In this document: positions 1-12,482 of the stretch, piece by piece | How the letters are laid out: the number at the start of each line of letters is the position of its first letter | Numbering within the stretch: position 1 is the stretch's first letter | From: Eledone cirrhosa | Lineage: Eukaryota | NCBI GenBank assembly: GCA_964016885.1 | Contig: OZ024741.1 | Span: forward strand, 377,084,001-377,148,000 | DNA length: 64,000 nucleotides | Reading direction: 5' to 3' | The notes under the pieces: generated by a model | Seen by the model: the letters and a program-made list of their open reading frames with translations, nothing else | Told to the model about the DNA's origin: nothing | The model's database searches: none | Translations under genes and position numbers: made by a program

Positions 1-282
<282 letters not shown>

Positions 283-1170
283 AGTATTGAAGTTTCCGTT
301 GAAAATTGAAAAAGTCATAGGAGTGAAGAGTGCTCTATGTAAGTACCAGAGCTAAATTTAATGTATAATAAACAATACAATATAATTACCTCATTACCAG
401 AGGTTTCCCGAATGAGACGAATACAAAAAAAATCCTCATTCGTTCATCGGACAAGGCAATTTAAAACATAGTGAAATATTTGAAAAATCTCCCCAAGAAA
501 GGCAAAGGTTGAACGGGCAAAAAATATATATAAATAAAAGTAATTCAAGAGATATATAAAACATTAAGGACATATAGTTAAAGTATGTGCATAAATGTGT
601 ATATATTCACTCACAAATGTACATATGTGTGTATGTACAAATGCATGTGTATAGTGAAAATGTGTGCGTAAGTACATATATGAGGGCAAGCATATCAATG
701 TATGTGTGACCACAAATACGTATATAATATAAGTTGAAAAGGAAATTGTAAGATAATATAGTTAACATACATCCAGATTCAGGTATTAAGGAATGAAATA
801 TATACACATACAAGTATGAAAGCACGCGTATAAAAACACACACGCGCGCGATCCAATATATGCGAATGATATACAGGGAAGGGAGTGTATCAGTCAAAGG
901 AGTGTCAGTCTGAGGCTCGATACATGTCTAAAAATGAAACAATATATGAGAATGAAAAAAATGTTTAAATCAAAGAGAAAGTAAGAGGGAGGGGTTATCA
1001 ATTATGAATTAACACTAGAAAAAATACCTACAGACAAAAGCCCATACATGCGTACATACATACAGCGGCGCGCATACATACACACGAAGCACATGTATAT
1101 ATATCGGCACATGTATATCTAATCACACGTACGTACGCGACTATATGTATATACATACATATACACACGT

Positions 1171-1259
<89 letters not shown>

Positions 1260-2288
1260 CATACATATACACATACATTCACCTATACACACACACACGT
1301 ATATATAAGTATGTAAAAACATAGATATTAAACCACACATACACACACATATATACACACACACGCTCACATACGGAGGCGTTCGTATAAATATACAGAA
1401 CGCATACACACACATGCACACTCACACGCATAGATACAAATTATAAACCAGCCGTATGAATAAATGAGTACAAATATAAAAGCGGCTGCGAAACAACAGA
1501 ATATATCTGGAGTTGAAAACGCAAGTGACAGTTAATATCAGGTAGTGAAAGAAAATAGAGAAGTAAAATGTGGAATTGTGAAGATATTAGGTAAGTGAAT
1601 CAAAAAGTAGGGCGAGGGTGTCTCTGGTGGATGTGAAGTAAAAATAAAAGTAAAAATAAAGTTAAAAACAAAAGTAAATCAGAAAGAGAAGTCTGTAAAT
1701 ATGATAATTTAAGGAAAGTGAAGAACAAGAGTTTATAGAGGATAAGTATCTGAAAGTTAGTTAAGTTTATATGAGCTGGAAAGCAAATGTGATGTCATGT
1801 GTGGGCAACTGGTCAAAATTTCTGTTTTTGCATTTAGGCAGGTTTTTGGTGATTTAAGGTTCTGTAAAATCCAATATTTTTCTCTTATGCAGAGTGTGTA
1901 TCTTCTCGTTCTTCTTGCATATTCTTTAGATTGGTTCAAAATTGACCAATCCAATTGGATACCTTGGTCTTTCAAATCCCATATTCTGCTAGCCAGAGCT
2001 GTTGTAAATCTTTTTTCAGGATGTTGGAAAGATGCGACATGTGAGTAATAACGCGTTTTGAATTTGTCTTGTATGATACCCACATATCGTTCGCTGGTGG
2101 CTGGTAGGTTGATGCTGATGGTTGTCACTTTAGCAGCATAAACAATGGCTTTGGGGTTGCATTTACCTTGCAATGGGCATTCACTTTTGATTCTACAGGA
2201 GCAATTTTGATGTTCTCTGGGTGTTTTCTTATTGAGGATATAAGATTTAATAGGTAATGAGGTAATTATATTGTATTGTTTATTATAT
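283..2288 (-). mobile_element. 5'-truncated Penelope-like element: GIY-YIG endonuclease, long 3' UTR and pLTR
   Basis: ORF 1757-2250 reads CSCRIKSECPLQGKC..AIVYAA..RYVG..KFKTRYYSH..LC..EK..LN..CPH (Cys linker plus GIY-YIG). 2253-2288 is an inverted copy of about 363-398. Both ends abut (TA)n. Confidence 0.85.
382..453 (-). ncRNA. Type I hammerhead ribozyme (variant core) in PLE pLTR
   Basis: Minus strand: CCGATGA-A-CGAATGAG..CTCATTCG-G-GAAA-CCTC-TGGTAAT-GAGG-TA. Stems II and III are good, stem I is weak, and the core has U4C. Confidence 0.6.
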
Positions 2289-2343
<55 letters not shown>

Positions 2344-2363
2344 ACACATACATACATACCTAT

Positions 2364-2462
<99 letters not shown>

Positions 2463-2585
2463 GGTAAATATTGATGCAATTCAATTCAAGCACTCAACGT
2501 ACAGTTTCCACATAGGTGTGGCGGAGTAAATATCGAATAAGGAAAAGCGAAGTAGTTTCAGATGTTCAAGTCCTTTAATAATAAT

Positions 2586-2659
2586 GCTGTAATATATATT
2601 TCAATGACGACACTGGCTACACTGTTCTGTGTGCGAGTGTCGTGTCATCCTCAGACAGC
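2586..2659 (-). ncRNA. Hammerhead ribozyme (inverted copy)
   Basis: GCTGT-CTGAGGA-long stem II-GAAA-TATATA-TT-ACAGC. Confidence 0.8.
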
Positions 2660-2985
2660 TTGTTACATAATACTAACACCCTCCCATCCCCTCTGGCTTT
2701 CGGCTGACTGCCACAGTCGTTATGGGTAGTAGTAAACTTTGGTAGGGCATAGGGCATAGGGGGGCCATTGTTTTGGCTGAGAGGGTGAACTGACAGCGAA
2801 TTTCGTTGAAATCTGCGGTGGCTAATGATCAACTTCTTTCGTACATGCGCTTGCGCAGACCGGGGGGGGGGGGTGAATTGGTACTCACAAGGGAACGGAT
2901 GAAAAACCCAAAAGCACGAACTTCATCCGTTCCCATGTCGATTCAATGTGGATTGCCTCGGAAACATAACCTTATTATGTAACAA

Positions 2986-3059
2986 GCTGTCTGATGATGA
3001 CACGATACTCGCACATGGAACAGTGTGGCCAGTATCGTCATTGAAATATATATCACAGC
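2986..3059 (+). ncRNA. Minimal type I hammerhead ribozyme
   Basis: Stem I GCTGT/ACAGC, CTGATGA, stem II ACGATACT/AGTATCGT, GAAA, palindromic TATATA. Predicted cleavage after C3054. Confidence 0.9.
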
Positions 3060-4178
3060 ATTATTATTATTACCCTAATAATTTAGCTCCAATTAGTTGA
3101 GTGCTCTACGATGTAACCGATATGGTGGAGAAGAGAGGACCCAACCAAGAGCTACCCCGGAAATTCCCTCTACCATGGGGATGAAATCCCTGACACTGGA
3201 CGGGCATAATAGTAACTTTCGGCAGGATAAATACGCGGAAACAAAAAATAAGATAAACCCCTATTTTCCTGCACCAAATCGCATTTGAACAGGAGCCCCC
3301 TCAATTCAATCTATACATGGACAGATGGACAATCATATGGATCATTTTGCATATATGTACTCTGTGTTTTTGAATTTATTCACTATTGGTTCTGTTCTTT
3401 TCTTTTCTTTTACGTACTTTATGTCTGTTTTTCTTTGATTTTGTTCCATGTGATGGAAATTATGACTGTACCAGATTGACTAATGCCTTGAACCCTGTAG
3501 TTTGCACTCCGTTATAATGTACGGTACTATCGTTCAATATGTGGATAGAGTAACTGTGACACTAGAATCCCTCTCAGAACTTATTACTTAAACATCTCTC
3601 GCCATATTATTTACTCACTTCAATCTATATTTTTACTCAATCCGATTTATCACTTGAAACATTTTTGAACTTCGAATTTTTTAATTTTTTAATTGTTCAA
3701 TTTATAATCTCTGATATTTGATTTAGGATTTTAATTTTTAATTTTTATTTACAACTCTCACTCTTAACTTCCAATGTAAAAACATGGTACCTAGAATTAA
3801 GTTTATTTTCCCTTATGTGTTGATGGTCAGTCTTACTGTCAACGCTTAGTGAAAGGTAGTATTATGACCTATAAAAACTAAAACCCTCCCATCCCTCTGG
3901 CTTTCGGCTGACTGCCACAGTCGTGATGGGTAGCAGTAAACTTTGGTAGGGCATAGGTGGGCCATTGTTTTGGCTGAGAGGGTGAACTGACAGCGAATTT
4001 CTGTGAAATCTGCGGCGGCTAATGGTCAACTTCCTTCGGACATGCGCTTGCGCTGACCGGTGGGGGTGAATTGGTACTCACAAGGGAACGGATGAAAAAC
4101 CCAAAAGCACGAACTTCATCCGTTCCCATGTCGATTCAATTTGGATTGCCTGGGAAACATAACCTTATTATGTAACAA

Positions 4179-4252
4179 GCTATCTGATGATGGCACGACA
4201 CTCGCACACAGAACAGTGTGGCCAGTGTCGTCATTGAAATATATATCACAGC
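4179..4252 (+). ncRNA. Minimal type I hammerhead ribozyme
   Basis: CTGATGA 4184-4190, stem II ACGACACT/AGTGTCGT, GAAA 4236-4239, TATATA-TC. Predicted cleavage after C4247. Confidence 0.88.
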
Positions 4253-4632
4253 ATTATTATTAAAGGACTCGAACATCTGAAACTACTTCGCTTTTCCTTA
4301 TTCTCTCTATATATATATATATATATATATACGCACATGTTAATGCCAGATAGCTAAAAAAGATTTCCCTTTGGACAAAATACCCCCTCTACCTCCTTCC
4401 CACAATACCCCTGCACCCTCTCGACCCGATACACGGCACTATGGTCATGAAAGTACTTCTTGCCTATCTGCTCTCAGTGCATGTAGAGGTGTATATATGT
4501 GTCTGTGTATATGTGTATCTTTATGAGTACTTGTATGTACGTATCTGTATGAGTGGCCGTACGTATGTATGCGTATGTGTGTGTGTACGTGCGTTTATAT
4601 GTACTGCATATGGGTATGTATGTGTATATTTG

Positions 4633-4699
<67 letters not shown>

Positions 4700-5007
4700 T
4701 TATATGTGTATATGTGTGTGTATGTATGTACATGTATGTATATTTGTATGTATATGTATTTTTATATATATATATATATGTATATATGTGTGTGTGTGTA
4801 TGTGTATATATATGTGTATGTATGTGTATGTGAATATGTGTGTATATGTGTATACGTGTCTATGTGTGTATATATATATATACATATGTATATATGTATA
4901 TATTTATCTGTGTGTGTGTATACACATATATGTGGCTATATATGTATATATACATATATTTGTATGTATATGTATATATGTGCGTGTATGTGTATATATA
5001 TATATAT

Positions 5008-5576
5008 AACATGTATCCCAGTACAACCTGTCTCATGGTCGGGTCGTTGGCGACTAAACTGGCAACCCCACCAAGGTTTCTTGGTGAGGAGGGTGACTTT
5101 GGACATCCTGCAGGACTAAAAACAAAACCTGTCAAAGGGCAAAGGAGCTCTTAAGAGTCAATGGCCATCCAAAATCACCGGGAGAGATGACCCCTTAGCC
5201 TTTGTCAAGGCAGAATTCTAGGAGAAGGAAAACTCTGATATAACACCTGCAACCCTGATGGTATCCAATGATGTTGACTTGTTCTTCTTTTTGGTAAATA
5301 TCATCTTGGTTAAGAGAGTGGGACTGGCTTTGTGCAGTGCCTTTGCTCACTATAAAAGCTTCACGGCACAGGCATTGCTTTATATCTGGAGATCTCTCTG
5401 CACTTGTCGTCACATGGTACCATGGGCCCAACACTATGTGTCAATAATTGTGTCTTTGTACCAGAGTTTTCAAGTCGCTGGCTGGACTAAAAAGTCACAC
5501 TCGCTCAGCGCATCAGTAGGGGTTCTCCTACATGGATATAAAGTAGTGGCCGTACTCGAAAACGAGTTGGCAGCCA

Positions 5577-5578
<2 letters not shown>
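5008..5578. mobile_element. RTE-like LINE relics: putative 5' segment (+, 5008-5195) joined to a decayed RT C-terminal segment (-, 5195-5578)
   Basis: 5008-5069 recurs inverted at 10455-10516. The minus strand shows frameshifted resemblance to the RTE RT C-terminus. Confidence 0.45.
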
Positions 5579-5616
<38 letters not shown>

Positions 5617-5763
5617 GGGTGTGTATGATTGTGTATAGAAGCTTATATTAATAAAAGGAATTCCAACTTTGTCTGATTTACTCGATTTATTTACAATCCT
5701 TTAAAATATATAATGGTATTAGAATGAAATAGTATGGTAGAATATTAAATGTTAAGTGTTAAT

Positions 5764-5802
5764 TGAACAAGTACTTTCATGCTTTCGCAATCTTCAGGTT
5801 CA
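5764..5802 (-). ncRNA. Minimal hammerhead ribozyme (39 nt)
   Basis: TGAAC-CTGAAGA-TTGC-GAAA-GCAT-GAAA-GTAC-TT-GTTCA. Confidence 0.85.
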
Positions 5803-5892
5803 TATTCTGTGGTAACCGTCAAGTTTGCAATGTTCAACTGCGAACATTGCAAACAGTTGAACATTGCAAACTTGACGGTTACCACAGAATTG

Positions 5893-5929
5893 GAACCTGA
5901 AGATTGTGAAATCATGAAAGTGCTTGTTC
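5893..5929 (+). ncRNA. Minimal hammerhead ribozyme (mutated copy)
   Basis: GAAC-CTGAAGA-TTGTGAAATCAT-GAAA-GTGC-TT-GTTC. Confidence 0.7.
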
Positions 5930-6042
5930 AATTAACACTTAACATTTAATATTCTACCATACTATTTCATTCTAATACCATTATATATTTTGAAGGATTG
6001 TAAATAAAACGAGTAAATCAGACAAAGTTGGAATTCCTTTTA

Positions 6043-6093
<51 letters not shown>

Positions 6094-6745
6094 ACAGGGA
6101 GAAAGAGACGATTATTAGGAAGAAAAAATTATTTTTCACATTTTTCTTTCTTTCTTTCTTTTTTCTGGGTTAGAAAACGATTACAACGAAATATTTTAAT
6201 TTGTGTGAAGTGTTAAAGTATTAGTTGATTTATTTATTAATTAACAATAGTATTTATTTATCTATTTATATATTTAATAATTGTTTATTCGGGTTTCAGC
6301 ATTTTATGCATGATCAAATGATAGTGATATGTATTGGTGTAGAATGGTGGTGTTGCACATGTTAAACAAATGGTGCAGAAAGAATAATGTTATTTACAAA
6401 CAAGGTTTATGAAGTGAAAGGAAAAAAGAAAAAAGAAAAAAATAGGGCGTAATGTGGAGAATGAAAAGTCAAATTGAAAGAAAAAATAATGTTATTTACA
6501 GGCAGAGTTCTTGAAGTTAAGCAGATCAAAATGTGTTAATGTAGCAAGGGTGCTTAGTTGATCCATGTTGGAGGCAAATGGTATACTGGGGTTTGATATG
6601 ATTTCCCTTTTTAGAGAGTTAATAATTCTCCCACAGGAGAAACCCTAAAATCCCCCACACTTACAACCCCCCTAACATCCCCACACAACAAACCCACAAC
6701 GATCATTACTTCCAACATAGAACCCAAAATACACAACTACCACAC

Positions 6746-9552
6746 ATGTCACATAGGGCCTCACAACCACACACCAACTATAAGGAAATCCTAATCTACT
6801 CACCCCCCACTAACCACATCCTACTACAACAACACCAGCAGGGGACAATTCAACCACACGAGACACCCTACAGCCACCATAGCTACACCCCATATAACAG
6901 CAACAGCAGCACTCAATATAACCACACAAGACAACCCTACTACAACTACCACCAAGTCTACACACCCTACAACAACAGCAGTGCTCAGTACAACCATACG
7001 ATACAACCCAACTTCAACAACCACCACAACTTCACACTCTATAACCATTTCCATCAAATCTACACACCCTACAAAAACATCAACAGGGCTCAATACAACC
7101 ACACGATACAACCTAACTCAACAACAACCACAGCTACACACCATCTAACAACAACAGCAGGGGCCAATACAACTATAAGAGACATCCAAACTTCAACAGC
7201 CTTCACAACTTCTGTAATCATTTTTTAGACACAGCACACAGACACAGGATAACAAGATAACGCAAAACACACAGGAGACACAGAATATAATAAACATTTT
7301 CAATTTAACCTCTAAAGAATTAACAACAGACCAAATCAACATACTCTCCAAAGGTCTAAAATTTACACCAACTCCCCAACAACCAAACTACCCCGAAATG
7401 AAGGATGATATTGCAGAACTCTGTAGATAACTAAGACTCAGTGAGCAACTATACGACAAATACAATGAGGATGACTCAATAGCCAGAAATAGAAGCAACT
7501 ACACCCCACCAAAAGGCAAGAACAAATTTCTCGATCAATTCTGCGAACACATTACTAATTACCCATAAAACGACCTACACAGACATATAACAAAAACCAA
7601 ACCTAAGCAAAAAAGAGTGGAATGATCTTAACAGTCTAAAAAACGACAAAAACTTAACAAACAATGAGGCAGATAAATGGAGTGCAGTAGTCCTTATGGA
7701 GACAGATTATTACACGACTCTAGTACTTTCAACTCTAGAAAACCAAACATATTATGAAAAGGCCCAACACTAAACACAACGGAAAATAATGAGAAACCTA
7801 AAATCCCTAACAACCATTTACAAAGAAGGCCTTACAGACAAGGAATACAACTACATCACCAATTTCAAAAACAGAACCACCCTCGTCTACGGTATCCCAA
7901 AGACACACAAAAGCGAAGTAATAGGTAGGGCCTGCAAGCAAGTCACAGACGTTTACATCAATATAGCCCCTCCTGATGACCTTAAATTAAGACCCATAAT
8001 AACAGGCACCACATGTGAAACCCACTGCCTAAGCAACTTCCTAGATATTCTGCTTAAACCTTTCCTAAAACACATAAAAAGCTTCCTAAGGGTCGAACTT
8101 GACATGCTCAACCACCTCCCAACAACACTTAATAATGAACATATCCTACTAGTAACCTTTGATATCATCAATTTATATTCCAATATCCCACACAACCTAG
8201 GTATAGAGGCAATACAATTCTAGCTTGAACATTTCCCTAGTGTAGCCCACAACGCATCCCTAAAGAATTTGTGTTGGAGGGCCTCAAATTCATATTGGAA
8301 AACAATTTCTTCGAATCCAATGCCAAATACTACAGACAGAAATCTGGGACTGCCATGGGCATGAAAGTAGCCCCCTCATACGCCAACCTTGTCATGGGAT
8401 ATTTAGAAACCATTCCCTACCGCAAAGTTCTAGACAAATACGTCAACCACCTCTACCAACACATAGAAAAGAACTGGAAGACATATCTGGACTACTGCTT
8501 CATCTTCTGGCATGAAAGTATAGATAGACTGTTTGAGATTAAAACCTTTCTGAATGGACTCAACACAAACTTACAATTCACAATGGATTACAGCTATGGA
8601 CAGCTCCCTTTCCTCGACAGCCTCATAAAGAAAACAAACAACAAAATAGAAATTGACATATACTACAAACCCACAGACTCCAAACAATACCTCCCATTCA
8701 ACTCGTGCCACCCTAGACACACCAAAACGGCAATTCCTTATAACCTAGCCAGAATGATCTGCACAATAGTTTCAGATAAATACACATGCTACACACGACA
8801 AGAAGAATAAAAACACACTTATCAGCAGAAACTACCCACCATCCCTAATCAACAATGGATTCCAACGTGCCCTAAAACTCGACATCCAGGAACTCAGTCA
8901 CCCCAAACCAGGAATTAACCGCAAAAGAAAACTCTACCATACATCTCCACACACAACCCCCTCAACAATGAGGCGACACGATCCTCTAGAACATTCCTTT
9001 ACTAAAAGGAGACACAAGAATGAACATAATCCTCCAAACACACAACATCATAAAGAGCAAAAGACAACCTAAATCCATAAAAAAACATCCTCACATAAGC
9101 CAAAATACAACAAACCCTCACAATAAACCCTACAGTCACAAAATGCGGAAGGCCCACCTGTGGCATATGCATAACTCTAATAGAAGGTTCAACATTCCAT
9201 TTTAAGTAAGGACAACATTTCACAGTTAAACACAACTTTACATGTGCATCTGAAAACCTAATCTATGTTTTGACCTGCTCAGGTTGTCAAGAGCACTAAA
9301 TCGGACAGACAAAAAACAGCCTCCGACAACGTATGACCGTCCATAAATCACAAATCAAAATACAGGAATACAGAAAGATTGCATTTAGTGAACACCTAGC
9401 CAATTGTGCACCCAACCAACATCCAAACTTTAAAATATTTCCCCATTTACAAATTCATAGACAACGCTACTTTCATCCATCGTACCAATAAGGAAACATA
9501 TTTCATTAACAAATTCCAACTTCTACTTAATGCACTAAAATTCGGACCAAAC
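6746..9552 (+). pseudogene. PLE RT-endonuclease ORF disrupted by stops and frameshifts, preceded by a YTPYNN..QYNHT repeat region
   Basis: ORF fragments 6746-7228, 7789-8223 and 8271-8810, plus downstream frames. Confidence 0.85.
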
Positions 9553-9963
9553 TAAAACTGGAACAAACAATCACACATTTACAAGAGTTACCTCCTTCAC
9601 ACCCTACCTAATACTTTTTAAAAAATAAATTAAATACATCCAGCATGAATTGCCTCCCCCTGCATATTAACTATCTAAAAAGGGAAATCATATCAAACCC
9701 CAGTCCACCATTTGCCTCCATCATGGATCAACTAAACACTCTTGCTATATTAACACATTTTGATCTGCTTAACTTCAACAATTATGCCTGTAAATAACAT
9801 TATTCTTTCTTTCACATTGACTTGTTATGCCCCACATTACGCTCCTTTATTTCTTTTTTCTTTTTTCATTTCAATTCATAAACCTTGTTTGTAAATAACA
9901 TTATTCTTTCTGCACCATTTCTTTAACATGTGCAACACCATTCTACACCAATACATATCACTA

Positions 9964-10001
9964 TCATTTGATAATGCATAAAATGCTCAAACCGGTAATA
10001 A
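9964..10001 (+). ncRNA. Degenerate hammerhead in PLE pLTR (second copy at about 6286-6322, minus strand)
   Basis: TTGATAA-TGCAT-AAA-ATGCT-CAAA-CCGG-TA. The inverted copy retains GAAA, and the consensus of the two restores most of the core. Confidence 0.55.
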
Positions 10002-10208
10002 ACAATTATTAAATATATAAATATATAAATAAATGCCATTGTTAATTAATAAATAATTCAAAAAACATTTTCTAACCCAGAAAAAAGAGAGAAAAAAATA
10101 AAGAGGGAAAAAAAAAAATTGTCTTACTAATAATCGTATCTTTCTCCCTATTTTCATATATATATCGTGTGCTTCCTCTCCACATTGTATTATTATTATA
10201 TATATATA

Positions 10209-10456
<248 letters not shown>

Positions 10457-10630
10457 GTTGCCAGTTTAGTCGCCAACGACCCGACCATGAGACAGGCTGT
10501 ACTGGGATACATGTTACCAGTAGTACCAACTGGTGACCTGACATAACATATATATATACATACATATATACATACATACACATATATACACATACATATA
10601 TATATACATACATATATATATACATACATA

Positions 10631-11288
10631 CATCATCATTATCATCATCATCATCAACGTTTAACGTCCGTGTTCCACGCCCGCATGGGCTTGGACGGGG
10701 GTTTTCCCACTTGAGGCAAGAGCGATTATCTTGCTCGCATAGGACTGTCTGGCGGGTTCTCTATAGCCGGATGCCCCCCCCCCCCCCACACCAACAGTGT
10801 GGGGCTGGGAGGTTTCTACCGTGTTGCCTACACGGCCACACTACAGCGTGGACTGTCTGGCGGGCCTTCCACAGCCGGATGCCCCCCCAACACCAACCAC
10901 ACCCACAGTATGGGGCTGGGAGGCCCCTACCGCGCTGCCCACACGGCCACACCACAGCGTGGACCGTGTGTTCCCCCGTCGCGACACCCACACGATCCCA
11001 CCCGTTTCGGCCCGGATGTTGTGGCACCAACACAACCCCACATTGAAAGGGGCGGCGTGGACGAGATGGGGGCGGTGGGACGGGGGTGCATCCCGCCAGA
11101 GACGCCCACCGACTGCAGCAAGCCCCACTCCGCACCTAGGCAAGGCGGGTCCTCTCCACCACCGAGCACCGCCAAAGGCCCCAGTCCAGTGATACCGTCC
11201 CGGAGAGGTGTAAGTGCGCGAGGTCGGAATCCATCAGCCCGTCCCACGTCCCTCCGGGTCCGCCCACTCCGTGGCCACCGTCCATCTC
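10631..11288 (-). mobile_element. GC-rich SINE-like retroposon with an RTE-type tail ending in (GAT)n and an internal ~110-bp duplication
   Basis: Tail GGACGTTAAACG(T)TGATGATG and a GGTTGGnGTT..ATC..GC motif are shared with the copy at 25940-26250. Confidence 0.7.
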
Positions 11289-11289
11289 C

Positions 11290-11890
11290 ATGTATACGTA
11301 CATACATATATGTATACAGACGTACAGTAGTATGTATATATATATATATATATATATACATACATGCACACATATATATATATGTACGTATGGATTCACC
11401 GAACATTTATTATAATGCTCGGTGTGTTTGTAAACAAACATCCCGAATTAAGCCGTACAGTGGCTAGCAACCATCGTTGCTCATCCGTCCAACACTGACA
11501 CAGGAATGCTGTACTAGTTTCAAGCTTATTAGCTATCGTCCGCAACGTATACCTTCCTGCCAGCTGGTTGAACGTCTGAAAGTATACACCCTCCTTATGC
11601 ATATTAACGGCTGAGCAGCCTAATTTGCATATCGAGTGAGTTAATCGGCCGGGGCACCGAAAACGATAAACGGAAAAAATGAAACGAAATCTCATTTCTC
11701 ACTCTTAGTGCGGCTATTACTTAAATATAAGTATGTATACGTACATACATATATGTATACAGACGTACAGTAGTATGTATATATATATATATATACATGC
11801 ACACATATATATATATATATATATGTACGTATGGATTCACCGAACATTTATTATAATGCTCGGTGTGTTTGTAAACAAACATCCCGAATT
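11290..11890 (-). mobile_element. Retrozyme-like tandem repeat, 441-bp unit, about 1.35 copies
   Basis: GGATTCACCGAAC recurs at 11392 and 11833. Non-coding, with a hammerhead at 11508-11546. Same family as 29851-30623. Confidence 0.85.
11508..11546 (-). ncRNA. Minimal hammerhead (U4G mutant)
   Basis: GTTG-CGGACGA-TAGC-TAATAA-GCTT-GAAA-CTAG-TA-CAGC. Confidence 0.7.
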
Positions 11891-12293
11891 CTATGTCTTG
11901 ATTTCTCCATCTTACTCCACCACCACTCTTTTTGATTTATTTATATATTTATACCTTTGATTTATTAATGTGCTTTTCCACGTATTCTATGTCTATGTGT
12001 CCATGTATTTCTACTCCTCTTATTGGGACTTTTACTCACCTGTACCCATTAGAACACGACACTAGACTGTCTCCCCCTGAGAACAAAAATAAATATTACC
12101 CGACTATACCCCTTACTCTACATCCAACTAGGATAACTTATAGAGGATCTATATAATACAATTAACGTTTCTTCATAAACAGACTCTCTTTAACTAAAAC
12201 AACCCGCAACCCAAAACCTTAAACAAGTTTTTTAAATGTTTAATTTTCAATTTTCTATTTGTTCAATTCGCAATCTTCTTACTCTTTAATTTT

Positions 12294-12482
12294 ATAATTG
12301 TTTCTTCGTTAGGCACAAGGCCAGCAATTACCCAGTGCAATACTGGTACTTTATTTTATCGACCCCGTAAGGATGAAAGGCAAAGTCAACCTCGGCGGGA
12401 TTTGAACTCAGATCGTAAAGGGACGTAACTATCCTGGAAAGCATGGCGTCCGACCCTCTACCGATACTGCCAATCCATCGCC
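12294..12482 (-). mobile_element. tRNA-derived CORE-type SINE (octopus OR-like)
   Basis: A box, B box GAGTTCAAATCC and core GCCTTTCATCCTTACGGGGTCGATAAAAT. 12-bp TSD CTCTTTAATTTT at 12282-12293 and 12483-12494. Confidence 0.9.

Larger units (their letters stand above)
2460..4305 (+). mobile_element. Non-coding PLE-derived or retrozyme-like element with two ~395-bp direct repeats and an inverted 3' copy
   Basis: 2677-3071 is approximately 3884-4262 (direct). 2536-2671 is an inverted copy of the 3' end. No ORF of note, and flanked by (TA)n. Confidence 0.8.
5644..6048. repeat. Fold-back of two pLTR 3' ends (about 195-bp arms), each carrying a hammerhead
   Basis: Near-perfect inverted repeat with a short spacer at about 5840-5853. 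Confidence 0.92.
6089..10156 (+). mobile_element. Near full-length decayed Penelope-like element with inverted 5' pLTR
   Basis: RT motifs YGIPKTHK, LRPII, FDIINLYSNIP, GTAMG..APSYANL, YLDY(D), FLD, YYKPTD and SCHP in ORFs 7789-8810. Cys linker and LIYVLTC..(Y)IGQT GIY-YIG at about 9130-9550. 6089-6624 is an inverted copy of 9665-10156. Confidence 0.93.

Noticed and set aside
2459-2464. Single TTAGGG/CCCTAA units near element ends (also 3073 and 21883)
   Set aside because: Single hexamers with no telomeric array, insufficient to claim telomere-related targeting.
5008-5069. Possible HDV-like ribozyme at a putative RTE 5' end (also 10455-10540): GG-GTCG-TTGG-CGAC-TAA-ACTGG
   Set aside because: P4, J4/2 and P2 are suggestive, but P1, P3 and L3 could not be drawn convincingly.
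10711-11467. Overlapping GC-rich ORFs up to 222 aa
   Set aside because: Stop depletion in a GC-rich retroposon, with no recognisable domain.
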